A stretch of 63,272 bases of DNA, the filler included, from Octopus bimaculoides (taxonomy: Eukaryota), in NCBI RefSeq assembly GCF_001194135.2. It is 7 parts of 6 records of this genome, joined end to end, with 100 filler letters (N's around TTAATTAATTAA, not from the genome) between each part and the next. Parts side by side here need not be neighbours in the genome. Positions count along the whole stretch, not along the records: positions 1 to 22,892 come from NC_068987.1; positions 22,993 to 25,127 come from NC_068988.1; positions 25,228 to 47,251 come from NC_068985.1; 4 more parts are not named here. One strand, written 5' to 3'. Shown here one piece after another: positions 14,874 through 29,579 of the stretch (its first letter is position 1; the number at the start of each line of letters is the position of its first letter). Both the position numbers and the translations under genes were made by a program. The notes beneath the pieces are model-generated. The model was given only the letters and a program-made list of their open reading frames with translations. It did not search any database and had not been told where the DNA came from.

Positions 14874-14912
<39 letters not shown>

Positions 14913-15374
14913 TTGGAATTTACAAAAAACAAAAGACGAAGAGAGGTGTATAAACAACAAACAGGTGTATTAGNNNNNNNNNNNNNNNNNNNNNNNNNNN
15001 NNNNNNNNNNNNNNNNNNNNNNNNNNNNNNNNNNNNNNNNNNNNNNNNNNNNNNNNNNNNNNNNNNNNNNNNNNNNNNNNNNNNNNNNNNNNNNNNNNNN
15101 NNNNNNNNNNNNNNNNNNNNNNNNNNNNNNNNNNNNNNNNNNNNNNNNNNNNNNNNNNNNNNNNNNNNNNNNNNNNNNNNNNNNNNNNNNNNNNNNNNNN
15201 NNNNNNNNNNNNNNNNNNNNNNNNNNNNNNNNNNNNNNNNNNNNNNNNNNNNNNNNNNNNNNNNNNNNNNNNNNNNNNNNNNNNNNNNNNNNNNNNNNNN
15301 NNNNNNNNNNNNNNNNNNNNNNNNNNNNNNNNNNNNNNNNNNNNNNNNNNNNNNNNNNNNNNNNNNNNNNNNNN

Positions 15375-15423
<49 letters not shown>

Positions 15424-16121
15424 ACACAATGGATTTCATTGTATATCTGCTCGAAAAGGGATGTCCAGGCATTAAGCAACAATAAAAGGATTGCATGATA
15501 GTGTCTGGAAAAAACAGGGTTTCGTTCAGTAGTTTATGGACTCCCGTGTATTGCAGAATAGTGGTGCAGTCAAACCAGCAAGGCTTTCAATGGTAAGAAT
15601 CTCGATGACATAAAGTGCTTGATCATTAAGAATTCAATTGCAACAGCTGGAATTATGCGGTAGTTTATCAGTATTATAAGTACAGAAAAGCGAGGCTTTA
15701 AATTACAAATATTTACAATGTGTATAGGGTTTTAATACACAAATTGAACCAATATTTGTGGGAGCTGAGAAGTTATTAAAACTGACAAAAAAGGTACGAA
15801 TTGAAAAGTTATCGAGATTGCCACAAACACGAAACGCACAAAAGAAAAATAGGAAAAAAAAAACTGCTCTGATATTGTAATAAAGACGCATTTGTGATAA
15901 TATAAAGAGAAATGTACGTGTAGGAAAACTTAAATAGGCGCACGCAGACACACACACACGCACACACACACACACACACATACAACGAAGATTAAACGAC
16001 CCTATGAAAATAGAAAATGCGGCATTACTTGAAAGGAAGAGGTGGGGTGGAGTAGAGAATCATGCCTTAACTTCGCTGTCACAATGAAAACAACAGCAAA
16101 AGAAACATTGATGATAACAGC

Positions 16122-16122
<1 letters not shown>

Positions 16123-16165
<43 letters not shown>

Positions 16166-16185
16166 TAATAATAATCATAATAATA

Positions 16186-16246
<61 letters not shown>

Positions 16247-16266
16247 TAATAATAATCATAATAATA

Positions 16267-16311
<45 letters not shown>

Positions 16312-16439
16312 GTTAATAATGTTGTTAGTATTATCATCATCATCGTCGGCATCATTATCAACAGCAAAATCATCATCGTCATAATCGTCATCATAATCAC
16401 CATCATCAATATTTATTTTTTATGGTTGTTGTTGTCGCT

Positions 16440-16477
<38 letters not shown>

Positions 16478-16480
16478 AGT
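16123..16480. repeat. Trinucleotide microsatellite block (ATA/ATC/GTT); representative of many (TA)n, (CA)n, (GATA)n, (TATG)n and (GA)n arrays
   Basis: Direct reading. A higher-order unit aatgataataataatcataataataatggt is repeated. Confidence 0.95.
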
Positions 16481-16583
16481 TACCGTTCAGGGCGTGTTGC
16501 TGACGTAAAGTTCTTAAGAATATTTATACAATAAGGATTATTACGAGTACATTAAGCAGTTGGCAAGAAAAGTGAAAGCAGGA

Positions 16584-16662
<79 letters not shown>

Positions 16663-16963
16663 GTAATAATACANNNNNNNNNNNNNNNNNNNNNNNNNNN
16701 NNNNNNNNNNNNNNNNNNNNNNNNNNNNNNNNNNNNNNNNNNNNNNNNNNNNNNNNNNNNNNNNNNNNNNNNNNNNNNNNNNNNNNNNNNNNNNNNNNNN
16801 NNNNNNNNNNNNNNNNNNNNNNNNNNNNNNNNNNNNNNNNNNNNNNNNNNNNNNNNNNNNNNNNNNNNNNNNNNNNNNNNNNNNNNNNNNNNNNNNNNNN
16901 NNNNNNNNNNNNNNNNNNNNNNNNNNNNNNNNNNNNNNNNNNNNNNNNNNNNNNNNNNNNNNN

Positions 16964-17040
<77 letters not shown>

Positions 17041-18121
17041 GTAATAATACAATAATAACAACAGCTATAGCAATAACCATAACAATGATAAAATATAAAC
17101 GAAGTTATCTGCTTATCTGCATGCTGTTTCTTAAGTATTCGTCAATCCTTTTCTAAAGTACGACTTTATTGTTTTCGATGGCCTTCGTTTGAAAATTCTC
17201 GTTGTGTGTGCTCGCTTTTAGTTTCCTCTCCTTTATCCCCCTCTCTCTCTATCTATCTCTCTCTCTCTCTCTCTCTCTCTGTTTCCTCTCTCCTTTTCTT
17301 TCTTTCTTTCTCTCCCTTCTCTAGGTTTTCATAAAACTTGCTCCCTTTCCCTCGTTTTGTTGGTAATAACTGTTGATTCTTTGTCTTTACGCTCTCTCTC
17401 TTGGCCTCTCTCTCTCTCACACACACTCTCTCTCTCTCTCTCTCTCACACTCTCTCTCACACTTTCTGCCTATATATATATGTGTGTGTGTGTCTGTATG
17501 TGTGTGTCTGTATGTGTGTGTCTGTGTGCGTGCGCGCACACGTGTGTATATGTATATATACATATATATATATATGTATGTTTATGTGTATATATATATA
17601 TACATATATATATATGTATGTTTATGTGTATATATATATATACATATATATATATGTATGTTTATGTGTATATATATATATANNNNNNNNNNNNNNNNNN
17701 NNNNNNNNNNNNNNNNNNNNNNNNNNNNNNNNNNNNNNNNNNNNNNNNNNNNNNNNNNNNNNNNNNNNNNNNNNNNNNNNNNNNNNNNNNNNNNNNNNNN
17801 NNNNNNNNNNNNNNNNNNNNNNNNNNNNNNNNNNNNNNNNNNNNNNNNNNNNNNNNNNNNNNNNNNNNNNNNNNNNNNNNNNNNNNNNNNNNNNNNNNNN
17901 NNNNNNNNNNNNNNNNNNNNNNNNNNNNNNNNNNNNNNNNNNNNNNNNNNNNNNNNNNNNNNNNNNNNNNNNNNNNNNNNNNNNNNNNNNNNNNNNNNNN
18001 NNNNNNNNNNNNNNNNNNNNNNNNNNNNNNNNNNNNNNNNNNNNNNNNNNNNNNNNNNNNNNNNNNNNNNTATATATATACTATATCATTCACTCTTTCT
18101 TTTACCTTTCTCAGTACCTAT

Positions 18122-18159
<38 letters not shown>

Positions 18160-18211
18160 TTCTCTCACCCTTCTACTTCTCTCTATTTTCTCCCCCTTTC
18201 TCTCTCATTTG

Positions 18212-18260
<49 letters not shown>

Positions 18261-18568
18261 ATCCCCCTCATTCTCTCTCTTTCACTCTATCTATCTATCT
18301 ACCTCCATTATTTTATCTTTCCCCCTTTCATCTCCCCTTATTTCTTGCCTGTTGTATATGTTATGATATTTGTTTCCTCGTGCTTTCCCTTATATTCTTC
18401 AGAGCTCTTTCAAACCACCTTTTGCCTTCATTTGCTGTCACAATTGCTTCCAGACCCTGCCACGCAGTCATTCTGCTTGTGCTGCTGCGCACAATAAAAT
18501 CTATGACTTTAAAAGGAGTTCCTTATCATTCATGGATAATGACTCTGATACTGATCGGGGTGAATGTT

Positions 18569-18629
<61 letters not shown>

Positions 18630-18731
18630 CTATTATCGTGGTGGTAATGCTGAAGGTAGTTTTGGTGGTAGCGGTAGTGAGGGTGGGGGTGGGTCATCGC
18701 CGTCGTGGTCATGGTATGTCTATGTGTTGAC

Positions 18732-18797
18732 AATGGCGAAATGGTTGACCCTTCACAATGCTGAACAGCACTGTCACGGGTCAACCATTTCGCCGTT
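18732..18797. repeat. 66-nt near-perfect inverted repeat (hairpin)
   Basis: aatggcgaaatggttgacccttcacaatgctg-aa-cagcactgtcacgggtcaaccatttcgccgtt: 32-bp arms with a perfect 17-bp core. Confidence 0.9.
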
Positions 18798-19039
18798 ACA
18801 CGCAACCTTGCGAAATTGGTTTTGGTTGCGTGCATGCCTAATGCAAATCCCACAGAGGTCAAATTCGGCTTTCATTTTTGCAGGGTCGATACTTCATTCT
18901 TCTTTCTTTACCACCCTCTCCCCACTTCTCTCTCTCTCTCTTTCCGCTTTTGCTTTACTTTAGTGATGTTTATGGTGATGATGATGAGTTTCGATGATGA
19001 CAATGACAACGTCGGGGACGATGATGATGATGATAGATA

Positions 19040-19203
19040 GGCATAGGAATGGTTGTGCGGTAAGTAGTTTCCTCACTAGCCACATAGTTCCGGGTTCAGT
19101 CCCGTTGCGTGGGACCTTGGGAAAGTGTCTTCGACTATAGCCATGGGCTGACCAAAGCCTTGTGTGTGGATTTAGTAGACGGAAACTAAAAGAAGCCTGC
19201 CGT
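19040..19203 (+). mobile_element. SINE family A copy
   Basis: Same ~165-bp body followed by a (TA/CA)n tail. Confidence 0.85.
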
Positions 19204-19835
19204 ATATATATATACATATATACATGCGCACACAAGCATGCATACGTACATGTATTCATACATACATACATTCATACACATATATACATACATACATACA
19301 TACANNNNNNNNNNNNNNNNNNNNNNNNNNNNNNNNNNNNNNNNNNNNNNNNNNNNNNNNNNNNNNNNNNNNNNNNNNNNNNNNNNNNNNNNNNNNNNNN
19401 NNNNNNNNNNNNNNNNNNNNNNNNNNNNNNNNNNNNNNNNNNNNNNNNNNNNNNNNNNNNNNNNNNNNNNNNNNNNNNNNNNNNNNNNNNNNNNNNNNNN
19501 NNNNNNNNNNNNNNNNNNNNNNNNNNNNNNNNNNNNNNNNNNNNNNNNNNNNNNNNNNNNNNNNNNNNNNNNNNNNNNNNNNNNNNNNNNNNNNNNNNNN
19601 NNNNNNNNNNNNNNNNNNNNNNNNNNNNNNNNNNNNNNNNNNNNNNNNNNNNNNNNNNNNNNNNNNNNNNNNNNNNNNNNNNNNNNNNNNNNNNNNNNNN
19701 NNNNNNNNNNNNNNNNNNNNNNNNNNNNNNNNNNNNNNNNNNNNNNNNNNNNNNNNNNNNNNNNNNNNNNNNNNNNNNCTGATGCATACACATATACATC
19801 CATCCACCCATTCATACATGCATACATTCATACTA

Positions 19836-19876
<41 letters not shown>

Positions 19877-19954
19877 CATATATACATGCGCACACAAGCA
19901 TGCATACGTACATGTATTCATACATACATACATTCATACACATATATACATACA

Positions 19955-19988
<34 letters not shown>

Positions 19989-20669
19989 CATGCATACATA
20001 CATACATACATACACATGCATATATTTCCATTCAGCAATACAGATGTTTGACAATAAATCCAATTATCTCTAGAAGTAGTGTAAGTGTTCTCTAGAGAAT
20101 CCTGTATGAGTACACCGTGAATGAACCAGCATCTGGCACATTGTACCAGAATATCCTATTTAATCAATGGCATAAATAGCTGACCCTTTAAACTCAATAG
20201 ATTATATGCATAATTGTAAATAATCGACCTCCTTAGACTTTTATGATATGTACGTAATAATGAATAATAGTAATTGTAGTAATGATTGGCAGTATCCTTA
20301 GTGTGCCGGTCAAAATGTTTAGTGCTATTTCTTCCGGTACTTTAATGCCTGAGTTCAAATTCTCTCGAGGACAACTCTGCCGTTCATCTTTAAGGAGTAG
20401 ATAAAATAGCTGCAGTTTGAACTGTGATCGGTATAATCGACTGTCTCCCTCCCACGAAAAGTTTCATTAAGGCAGATTCGATAGCGTGCCTGGCAAAATG
20501 CTTAGCGGCATTTTGTCCGTCTTTACAGTTTCTGAGTTCAAATTCCTCCGAGGTCAATTTTGCCTTTCCATCCTTTCAGGGTAGATAAATTAAGTAGCAG
20601 TACAGGGGTCGATGTGATCAGCTGTCTCCCTCTACATAAAATATAGGTCTTGTGCCTATAGTAGAAAGG

Positions 20670-20717
<48 letters not shown>

Positions 20718-20826
20718 GAGTGAGAGACCAGCGCTTGCCATCAAAGTGACACTGGAGGCAAATATACGAAGTCTTCTAATAAGGGTATACCAGGCACATT
20801 CATCTCAACCATATGTATATAATTAT

Positions 20827-20891
<65 letters not shown>

Positions 20892-20892
<1 letters not shown>

Positions 20893-21055
20893 CGACGGGC
20901 TTCTTTCAGTTTCCCTCTACCAACTCCACTCACAAGGCTTTGGGCGGCACGAGGTTACAGTACAAGACACTTGCCCAAGGTATCACATAGCGGGACTGAA
21001 CCCAGGACCATGTGGTTGGGAAGCAAGCCTCTTACCATACAGCCACACCTGCGGC
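20892..21055 (-). mobile_element. SINE family A copy
   Basis: Same body next to (TA)n. Confidence 0.85.
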
Positions 21056-21893
21056 AAGTTTTCTTTGAATATTTCCTCACTTTTTCTTCTTTTTTTTTCT
21101 TTTTTTTTTTTTAGATATTGGCCATGTAAGGGTTTTTCCTAACATCATTTTATCATGGTTTTCTACAGACCCAGTTTAAGCTAAATATTTACCGTTCGCA
21201 CCATTTCCATTATTGTCAATTGTCAATTCAAACGTTGTCGTTTTTTTTTTTGTTTTTTGTTTTTTTATTTATAGGCATCTTTGAAGAAAGAAGATTGTTT
21301 ACTTTTTTGCTCGCGATCTGCAGCTACTTTTGTAAGCTTTTCATTACTTTTTTACCAAATATTATTGTAGTAGTACATGGATATTTTATAATAATTTTCT
21401 ACTTGCATAATGGTACTACGACTCCATAATCCGCAGAAAATATAATCTTTCCATGTCAGATTTTGGGTGGTGTACTCTTAATGCCGTGATTACATTTCTT
21501 GATTTTCTATCTAGTCTCGCAAATTCGATTAGATAGCATTTGATAATATTATAAATATAACTTAATACGGAGACAGCTAGAGCATCGATGCCTATTAACT
21601 TATTTATGCATCTCACTCGAAATATTAATCTGAACGATACCATTTTTTGTCATTATTGTTATTATTATTATTATTATTATTGTTCAGTAGTTTTATTTTT
21701 ATAACGTGCTTTCACTTCACTACCGAGCGCAGCTCTGTGCGCCTTGGGTATATGCTGTGGTTTGCTGTGATGCTCTTATGGTTACTGTATTGAAAGTGTT
21801 TTGCCTAGGATGTGTGCAGAGCCCAGTAGTGCAATTTTCTGTATATTATATATATTTGTAAGTCCTGGTGTTTTTGTTATGTATTTGTCTGAA

Positions 21894-21956
<63 letters not shown>

Positions 21957-21984
21957 CATTATTATTATTATTATTATTAACGTT

Positions 21985-22195
21985 GCAGGCTAGCAGAATC
22001 GTTAGCACGGTCGGGTAAAATGCTTAGCGGCATTCTGTCTGTCTTTACGTTCTGAGTTCAAATTCCGCCCCACGGTTGACTTTGCCATTCATCCGGTTGG
22101 AGTCGATAAAATAAGTACTAATTGAGCACTGGTGTCCATATAATCGACATAACTCTCCCTGAAAATTGCTGGCTTCGTGCTAAATATGAAACTAC
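21985..22195 (+). mobile_element. SINE-like family C copy
   Basis: gcaggctagcagaatcgttagcacgg...aaatgcttagcggc...gttctgagttcaaattcc. Related copies at about 20285-20465, 20480-20670 and 31214-31400 (+), and 34930-35140, 45095-45285 and 50655-50733 (-). Confidence 0.75.
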
Positions 22196-22892
22196 TATTG
22201 ATATTATCATACTTATTATTAAAGTAGCTAACTGTTAGTATATCGTCAACCATTGTTGTTGTTGCTGCTGCTGCTGCAACTACTGCTACTACTGCTGTGG
22301 TTACAGTTGATGTTGTTGTTGTTGTTGTTGTCGTTTGTTTTGCTGCACTAATTGCCATTACTTTCGTTGGTGTTATGATCATGATCAGGATCCTCAAAAT
22401 CATATCCATCAACATTATCATCGTCATTATGGTAGTTGTGATCGTTGTTGTGTACTTGGTCGTGGTCGAGGTAGTGGTAGCAGTGATGGCGGTCGTCGTT
22501 GTCACCCTGTCTATATCATCTCTCCCTGTCACGTCTGTATAATACTTCACACAAGAATATAAAGCACTGTGTGATCTCTAGATGTGCAGGCTGACAGAAC
22601 AGAATCCTTTGATACTTAATTCGTCAAAAGCATCCAGTGTCTGTGTCTAGCTCTTTCTGAAATCGCTTCAGCAAGTAATTTCTTCGCTGTGAAGATTTCG
22701 TAGAGGAAATACCATTAAGACGGTAGAAGTACACATATACACTTAGGTAAATACGTATGCAACAGGCATACACTCATAAATACACAAACATGCACATACA
22801 TACATACACACACACATATACATATATATTTATATATATAGATATACATAAACATATATGTGTGCGCGTGTGTGTGAATACGTATATATATA

Positions 22893-22992
22893 NNNNNNNN
22901 NNNNNNNNNNNNNNNNNNNNNNNNNNNNNNNNNNNNTTAATTAATTAANNNNNNNNNNNNNNNNNNNNNNNNNNNNNNNNNNNNNNNNNNNN
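22893..22992. other. Artificial scaffold-join spacer N44-TTAATTAATTAA-N44 (one of six)
   Basis: The identical 100-bp structure is also at 25128-25227, 47252-47351, 49434-49533, 51777-51876 and 61331-61430. Confidence 0.95.
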
Positions 22993-23044
<52 letters not shown>

Positions 23045-23646
23045 CATATAATGATATATATATACATATATATATATATACATACAGTGTATACATAATC
23101 TTGTTTAACCCTGATTCGCTTATGTTCTCCGCCTCCCTCTCAGTGACATATATTACTTTTCATGTTTGTATGAAATCCATGCTGCGAATATCTCAATTTA
23201 TAATTATTTAATTGAATATGTAATAAACTAATTACTTGATAATTAATTTGGAATCCAAATCATTTAAATGATTGTATTACATACAAACACCTCATACGCA
23301 GACACATATATGTACGTGTTTGTATGCATGTGTGTGAGTGTATANNNNNNNNNNTATATATATATATATATTGTATATCTATATTGTATATCTATGCATT
23401 TGTGTAAGTGTTCATCTATCTCATTTTCAACTTATGTACACAAATCTATTATATTTTTCTCTGTCATTTTCACATACAATATACAAAGATGGTGTTCCAG
23501 TAGAGCCACAATCAATTGGTTGAAACTAATAAAAGAATACAGTTTTACATTTCAGAGATGAGGAATTATTTACATTATTTACATTATTTACATTAGTTAC
23601 ATTATTTACAGTGGACGGATATTTATCCGCACCTTGTTTCTTGTTA

Positions 23647-23690
23647 ACACAACGTTTCGGCTGATGTACTCTCCAGCCTTCATCAGGCGT
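23647..23690 (-). ncRNA. Minimal type I hammerhead ribozyme motif
   Basis: Minus strand reads ACGC-CUGAUGA-A-GGCUG-GAGAGUACAU-CAGCC-GAAA-CG-U-U-GUGU. The core is intact, stem II is 5 bp, stem III is the palindrome ACGU, the triplet is GUU, and stem I is 4 bp with one G.U pair. Confidence 0.7.
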
Positions 23691-23746
23691 GCTAGTGGGG
23701 GTGGGGATTTCGAATCTGGGTTCTCATTCCTAAGGTATTTTCCTGA

Positions 23747-23810
<64 letters not shown>

Positions 23811-25227
23811 TTCTTTCGGGATCGATAAATTACAAGCTAAAAACTGTTACCAAGATAATCGAATTATCCCCTCTACAGAAATTTCTGATCTGGTGCCAAA
23901 ATTTGAAATCAATATTTTTGGAACGCATTGTATATTTGTCACGAATAAACATTATAACTGTCTGATAAGGAAGCTATTCCAGACTCCCTGCGTTGATCAG
24001 TCATACATGCACCAAGGGATCGATCTTATCCAACAGCCACTTAACCAATTCTACGTGGAAATTAAAGTCTGCTAATTCCATCCTAAGCTATTCTTGCCAA
24101 ATGCTACAATCGCTATCGCTGATGTAATCATTTCCACGACACATCTCCATGGATGTTTCCCGCCAAAATGCTCCCCACGTCTCCCCGTTGCCACACACAC
24201 ACACACATACACACACACACACACACTTAATATAATCAGTGTAATTCATTCTGCACAAAATGCCTTTATCTGAATTGTGATATATTTCCCCGATTTGCGA
24301 CCTAATTGTAGGACGGCAAATGAAGGGAAAAAATAAAATGCGTCGATGCAAGATCTGATTATCAATGCTAAGATATGACCACCGCAGAAATATGAAAAAT
24401 GTGTCATATCTACCGTGGGGTAGTGATTTAACTCGATTAGGTTAAATTAGAGGATCTTCGGATTACACACAGATCATCGTAGTCTAAATACGCACGCGCG
24501 CGAGCACAGCCAAACGTATACACTCGCAGGCGCGCGCGCGCACACACATCTATACATAAATGTATACATGAATACATACACACGCACGTTAATGCATGCA
24601 TATATAAATGCATATGTATATGTGCATATAAATGCATATGTATATGTGCATATAAATATGCATACATAGAAACACTCACACACATTTGTAAAGTTAGACA
24701 CGCGCTGGCGTTTGCACTCATAACAAAACAGATAGATAGAAAGACAGATACATAGACAGACAGACATACAGATAGATAGATAGATAGCTAGATAGATAGA
24801 TAGATAGATAGACAGGCAGACAGACAGAAAGACAGACAGGTAGATAGATAGATAGATAGATTGAGAGAGAGAGAGAGAGAGAGAGGTTGGAGGGAGATCC
24901 ATCCATCGAAAAAAGCAAAGACAAGTAAAGGAAGAACAAACAAGATGTATTACTTTGACGCTCAAGGAAAATGGAAGAATATTCGACGTTTTGAACATAT
25001 GCTCTTCTACGGAATGGGATGAGTTGAGAAAACGTGTCTGGATTAACGGTGGCATATACGAGTGTATACTTGTGTGTGTGTGTGTATGTGTGAGTGTGTG
25101 TCTATTTATATAATATATATTATATATNNNNNNNNNNNNNNNNNNNNNNNNNNNNNNNNNNNNNNNNNNNNTTAATTAATTAANNNNNNNNNNNNNNNNN
25201 NNNNNNNNNNNNNNNNNNNNNNNNNNN

Positions 25228-25319
<92 letters not shown>

Positions 25320-25812
25320 TGAGAGAGAGGAGACAGAGAAAGAAGGAGAGAAATAGAGAGACAGATGATTAGAGAGGGAAACGGGGAGAGAGATGTGAAG
25401 AACTGAAAGAGAGAATCACATTTTCCTTTGATTTTCACCTCTTATATATGATATAACGATAGTCAAAGTAACTGCAGTAAATGTAGAATTTCATTGAGAG
25501 TCTTCGCTGTTAAATGTTTCGTAATATTTTTTTACATTTTCTATAGTTCCTTCGAAAGATGTATCCTTATATTTATGTTCTCTTGAATATAGACTTTCTG
25601 TTTCCACGAATCTGTTGAAGAATAGTAATTATAAACAAATATTGATTCTATTATATGTCTGCTTTCCTCGAAAGTAGCTTAAAACGAAATATGCAAACAA
25701 GAGAATAAATGTATATAGATATCATATGTTCTCCTTTGATAGAATTTTCACTCTTTGTAAATTTAGACGAGTTTCAGGCATTACTTCTGAAAGACTCTTT
25801 GTTTCATTTTTC

Positions 25813-25891
<79 letters not shown>

Positions 25892-26164
25892 TCATTCTTT
25901 CTTCCTTTCTTTCTTTCTTTTTTCTTTCTTTCTTTCTCTCTCTCACATATGTGTATATATATATATATATACTTATAATTCAAGGTTGGAATTTTGAATG
26001 GTATGTAGTGAGAGGAGGTGTAAGAAGTGGCAATAAATATATGTTTCTTATATCTTTTATCTTTTATTCGTTTCAGCAACGTGTCTGTTTTTCTGCATAC
26101 TGGCAATTAAGAGCAATCATTGAAGAAGTGCTCAATGCATATATATATATATATCTGTGTGTGT

Positions 26165-26790
<626 letters not shown>

Positions 26791-27152
26791 GATACGAGCG
26801 CTTTTGTCTATATATGTATGGTGAGACGTACATGTACATGGGTGTATGTGCGTACATACATGTAGACATATCCATATCTATATATATCTCTGTATGTGTA
26901 TGCAATCATGTTTGGCTACATATGCATGTTTAGGGGTGAATGTATGCGTATATACGTATATATGTATGCGTATATACGTATATATGTATGTGTATATGCA
27001 TGAGGACGAGGGAACATATGCGTATACACATGTATACGCATATGTTCCCTCGTGCTCATGCATAGGCTGTGATATATGTGTATTTGCGTATAAGTGCGTG
27101 CATATGTATGCAGAGATGTGTGTGTCTCTGTGCATGCGTTGGCGTGTGTGTG

Positions 27153-27232
<80 letters not shown>

Positions 27233-29548
27233 TATATGTGTATAAGACGTCACCAACTGCAAACAACAGGGAATACGAAAACAAATGATTTAAATACGCA
27301 AACAACGAGAAAAAACAGGCAAACAGGACTAGTTACACAAAGAGTGACCCTTTATCAGTTGTCGGATGTTTATGTACTCCTCATTTCGTGCATGGAATGA
27401 TAATATGAGTCTTCGAAGACGGTTGCGCCCATAAATACCAAAATAAAATTTTGGACTTATGGAGGGCCAATGCCGGGAACGAAAACAAGATAGTGAAGAT
27501 ATACAAGGAAACCGAACGAAAACAAACATGGAGGGATGCTACACCAGAAGGAATGTAAAATATTGAACGTGGGGAGATATTTTCTTTGAAAAGAGAAAAG
27601 ATAGAAGAGCGAGATAGGATACGTCCTGTCCTTAGGACGCTCTGGAGGAAAAGAAAGATGGACAATGGTGACGTGTGAGCAATGAGAGAGAGAGAGAAAA
27701 AGTGAAAGAAGGAGAGAGACAGATAGAAAACGGTGAAGGGAGAAAAAGGGAATTAGAGAAGGATGGGGGATAAAACAATATCGAGTAGTCACTACAGTTC
27801 TATATCCAAGAGATGAGGAATTTTTACATTTGACGGAAATTTGCCCTCATCTTGTTTGTTGCTAACACAGCATTTTGTTTTCCAGCGTTTTCTCTATGAG
27901 AATGGGTTCATTCTCTTCCACAGTTTTTCTCTATCCATATATATCCACTTTTCTATGATAGTGCTTTTTGCATCGAACATAGTACTGGAAGGAGAATTGA
28001 AAGACAACAGAATTTCACCACATGTATGTTTGAGTGATTGGCTGCAATTCATGGGCACCAATATAATGCGCGTACGCATACTTAGGTAATATACTGAGAG
28101 GAAGAGAGGGGAAAAGAAAAAAAGAGATGAAATGAGAATGAACATTAGGCATGGATGACGTGTGATGTAGTAATTTTAGAGAGGAACTGAAGAATGAAAA
28201 TGTGATCATTCATGTTAGAGATGTTGAAAGATTAGAACGGAAAACTTTCATACTCACCTATCCTTGACATTGTTCAGATGTTCAATATTAAATGTAACAT
28301 CAATTCTCTCGATTATACAGACCCAAGATGTGCAGAGGTGTCGTATACTGGTGACGCATTGTAGAGTGTAGAGATGATGATGAGGCAAGACAAACATAGC
28401 ATGACCCACTGGATTCAACCGGGTCATGATGTGATGACTTAGAATACGTACTTGTATACTTCAATTGTTATTTAGAATATTTCGTTATCCCGAGATGGTT
28501 TCATAGTATTTTACAGAAACAAGAGGAAGATCAAGTGTTACGACCAAGTTTGTTTATTCATACGGATATATCTAGTTCTGTTCAAAATTTGTCTTAGCTT
28601 CTCTCGTGATCATTTACTGGCTGATAGAACCTATCTAGATAGTCTATTTTCAATTCTTTTGTACTGTGAAAGGACACTTTCCTATGGTTTCTGGAAAACG
28701 CCTAAACTGGAAAGTGTTCTTCGTATATACATTATAGTGAGATATATTTCAACACCGAAAAATCACATTCGTAGCAAGGGATATCATTTCTGTTTGAAAT
28801 TATCCACTTAGTCTGTGATAGATTTTTCGTTGATCGTTCTTCGTCATAGCAGCTAGTCAGAATTTCAGTAATTACCATTTTCATATTCTAATTGTCGAAT
28901 ATTTTCTGCACTGGAGCAGTAACACTAAGGAGGTGATTCGTGATATTTTGAAGTTTCCCGCTGGGAATACAGCTGTTTCTTCGAATAGAGTGCGTTTCCC
29001 TTAGTGTCGTGTATATTATCAACATGAGAATTAGCAGCTTCAAAATATTTGTCTCGAATTTTACTATTTTTCTCTGTCAAGACTGAATTGTCCAAATTAT
29101 GAATATATTTTACGCAGGTGAGAATTAATTGTTTCAGATGATGTGTCAAAATTACAAATACTAAAAAAAACCAAAAAAAAACAGAGAAAGACATAAGCAA
29201 TACTAATAATAAACACTAAATGTATGGGGCCATACTTACAGTTTAGAAAATTTCGTTACTCAGAAAATTGTCCTTATATTTAGTCACTTTTCATACAAAG
29301 ATAGCTACAGGACAAACTTTATATTCTCAGTCAGACATTTGCTTTTATACATGCGATTTGTCTTACGCACGGAATCGTGCTAAGGACAACTGTTTGTCTC
29401 TTGCCTACGTACACATATATAGGTGCACGCTTATATACAGATATGTACAAGTCTCTCACAAGTATACAGTTATACAGGTGATAACAAACGAACATGCTTG
29501 TCTATATATACAAACACAAACACAAGTGGGCACATGTTTGATCACACT

Positions 29549-29579
<31 letters not shown>

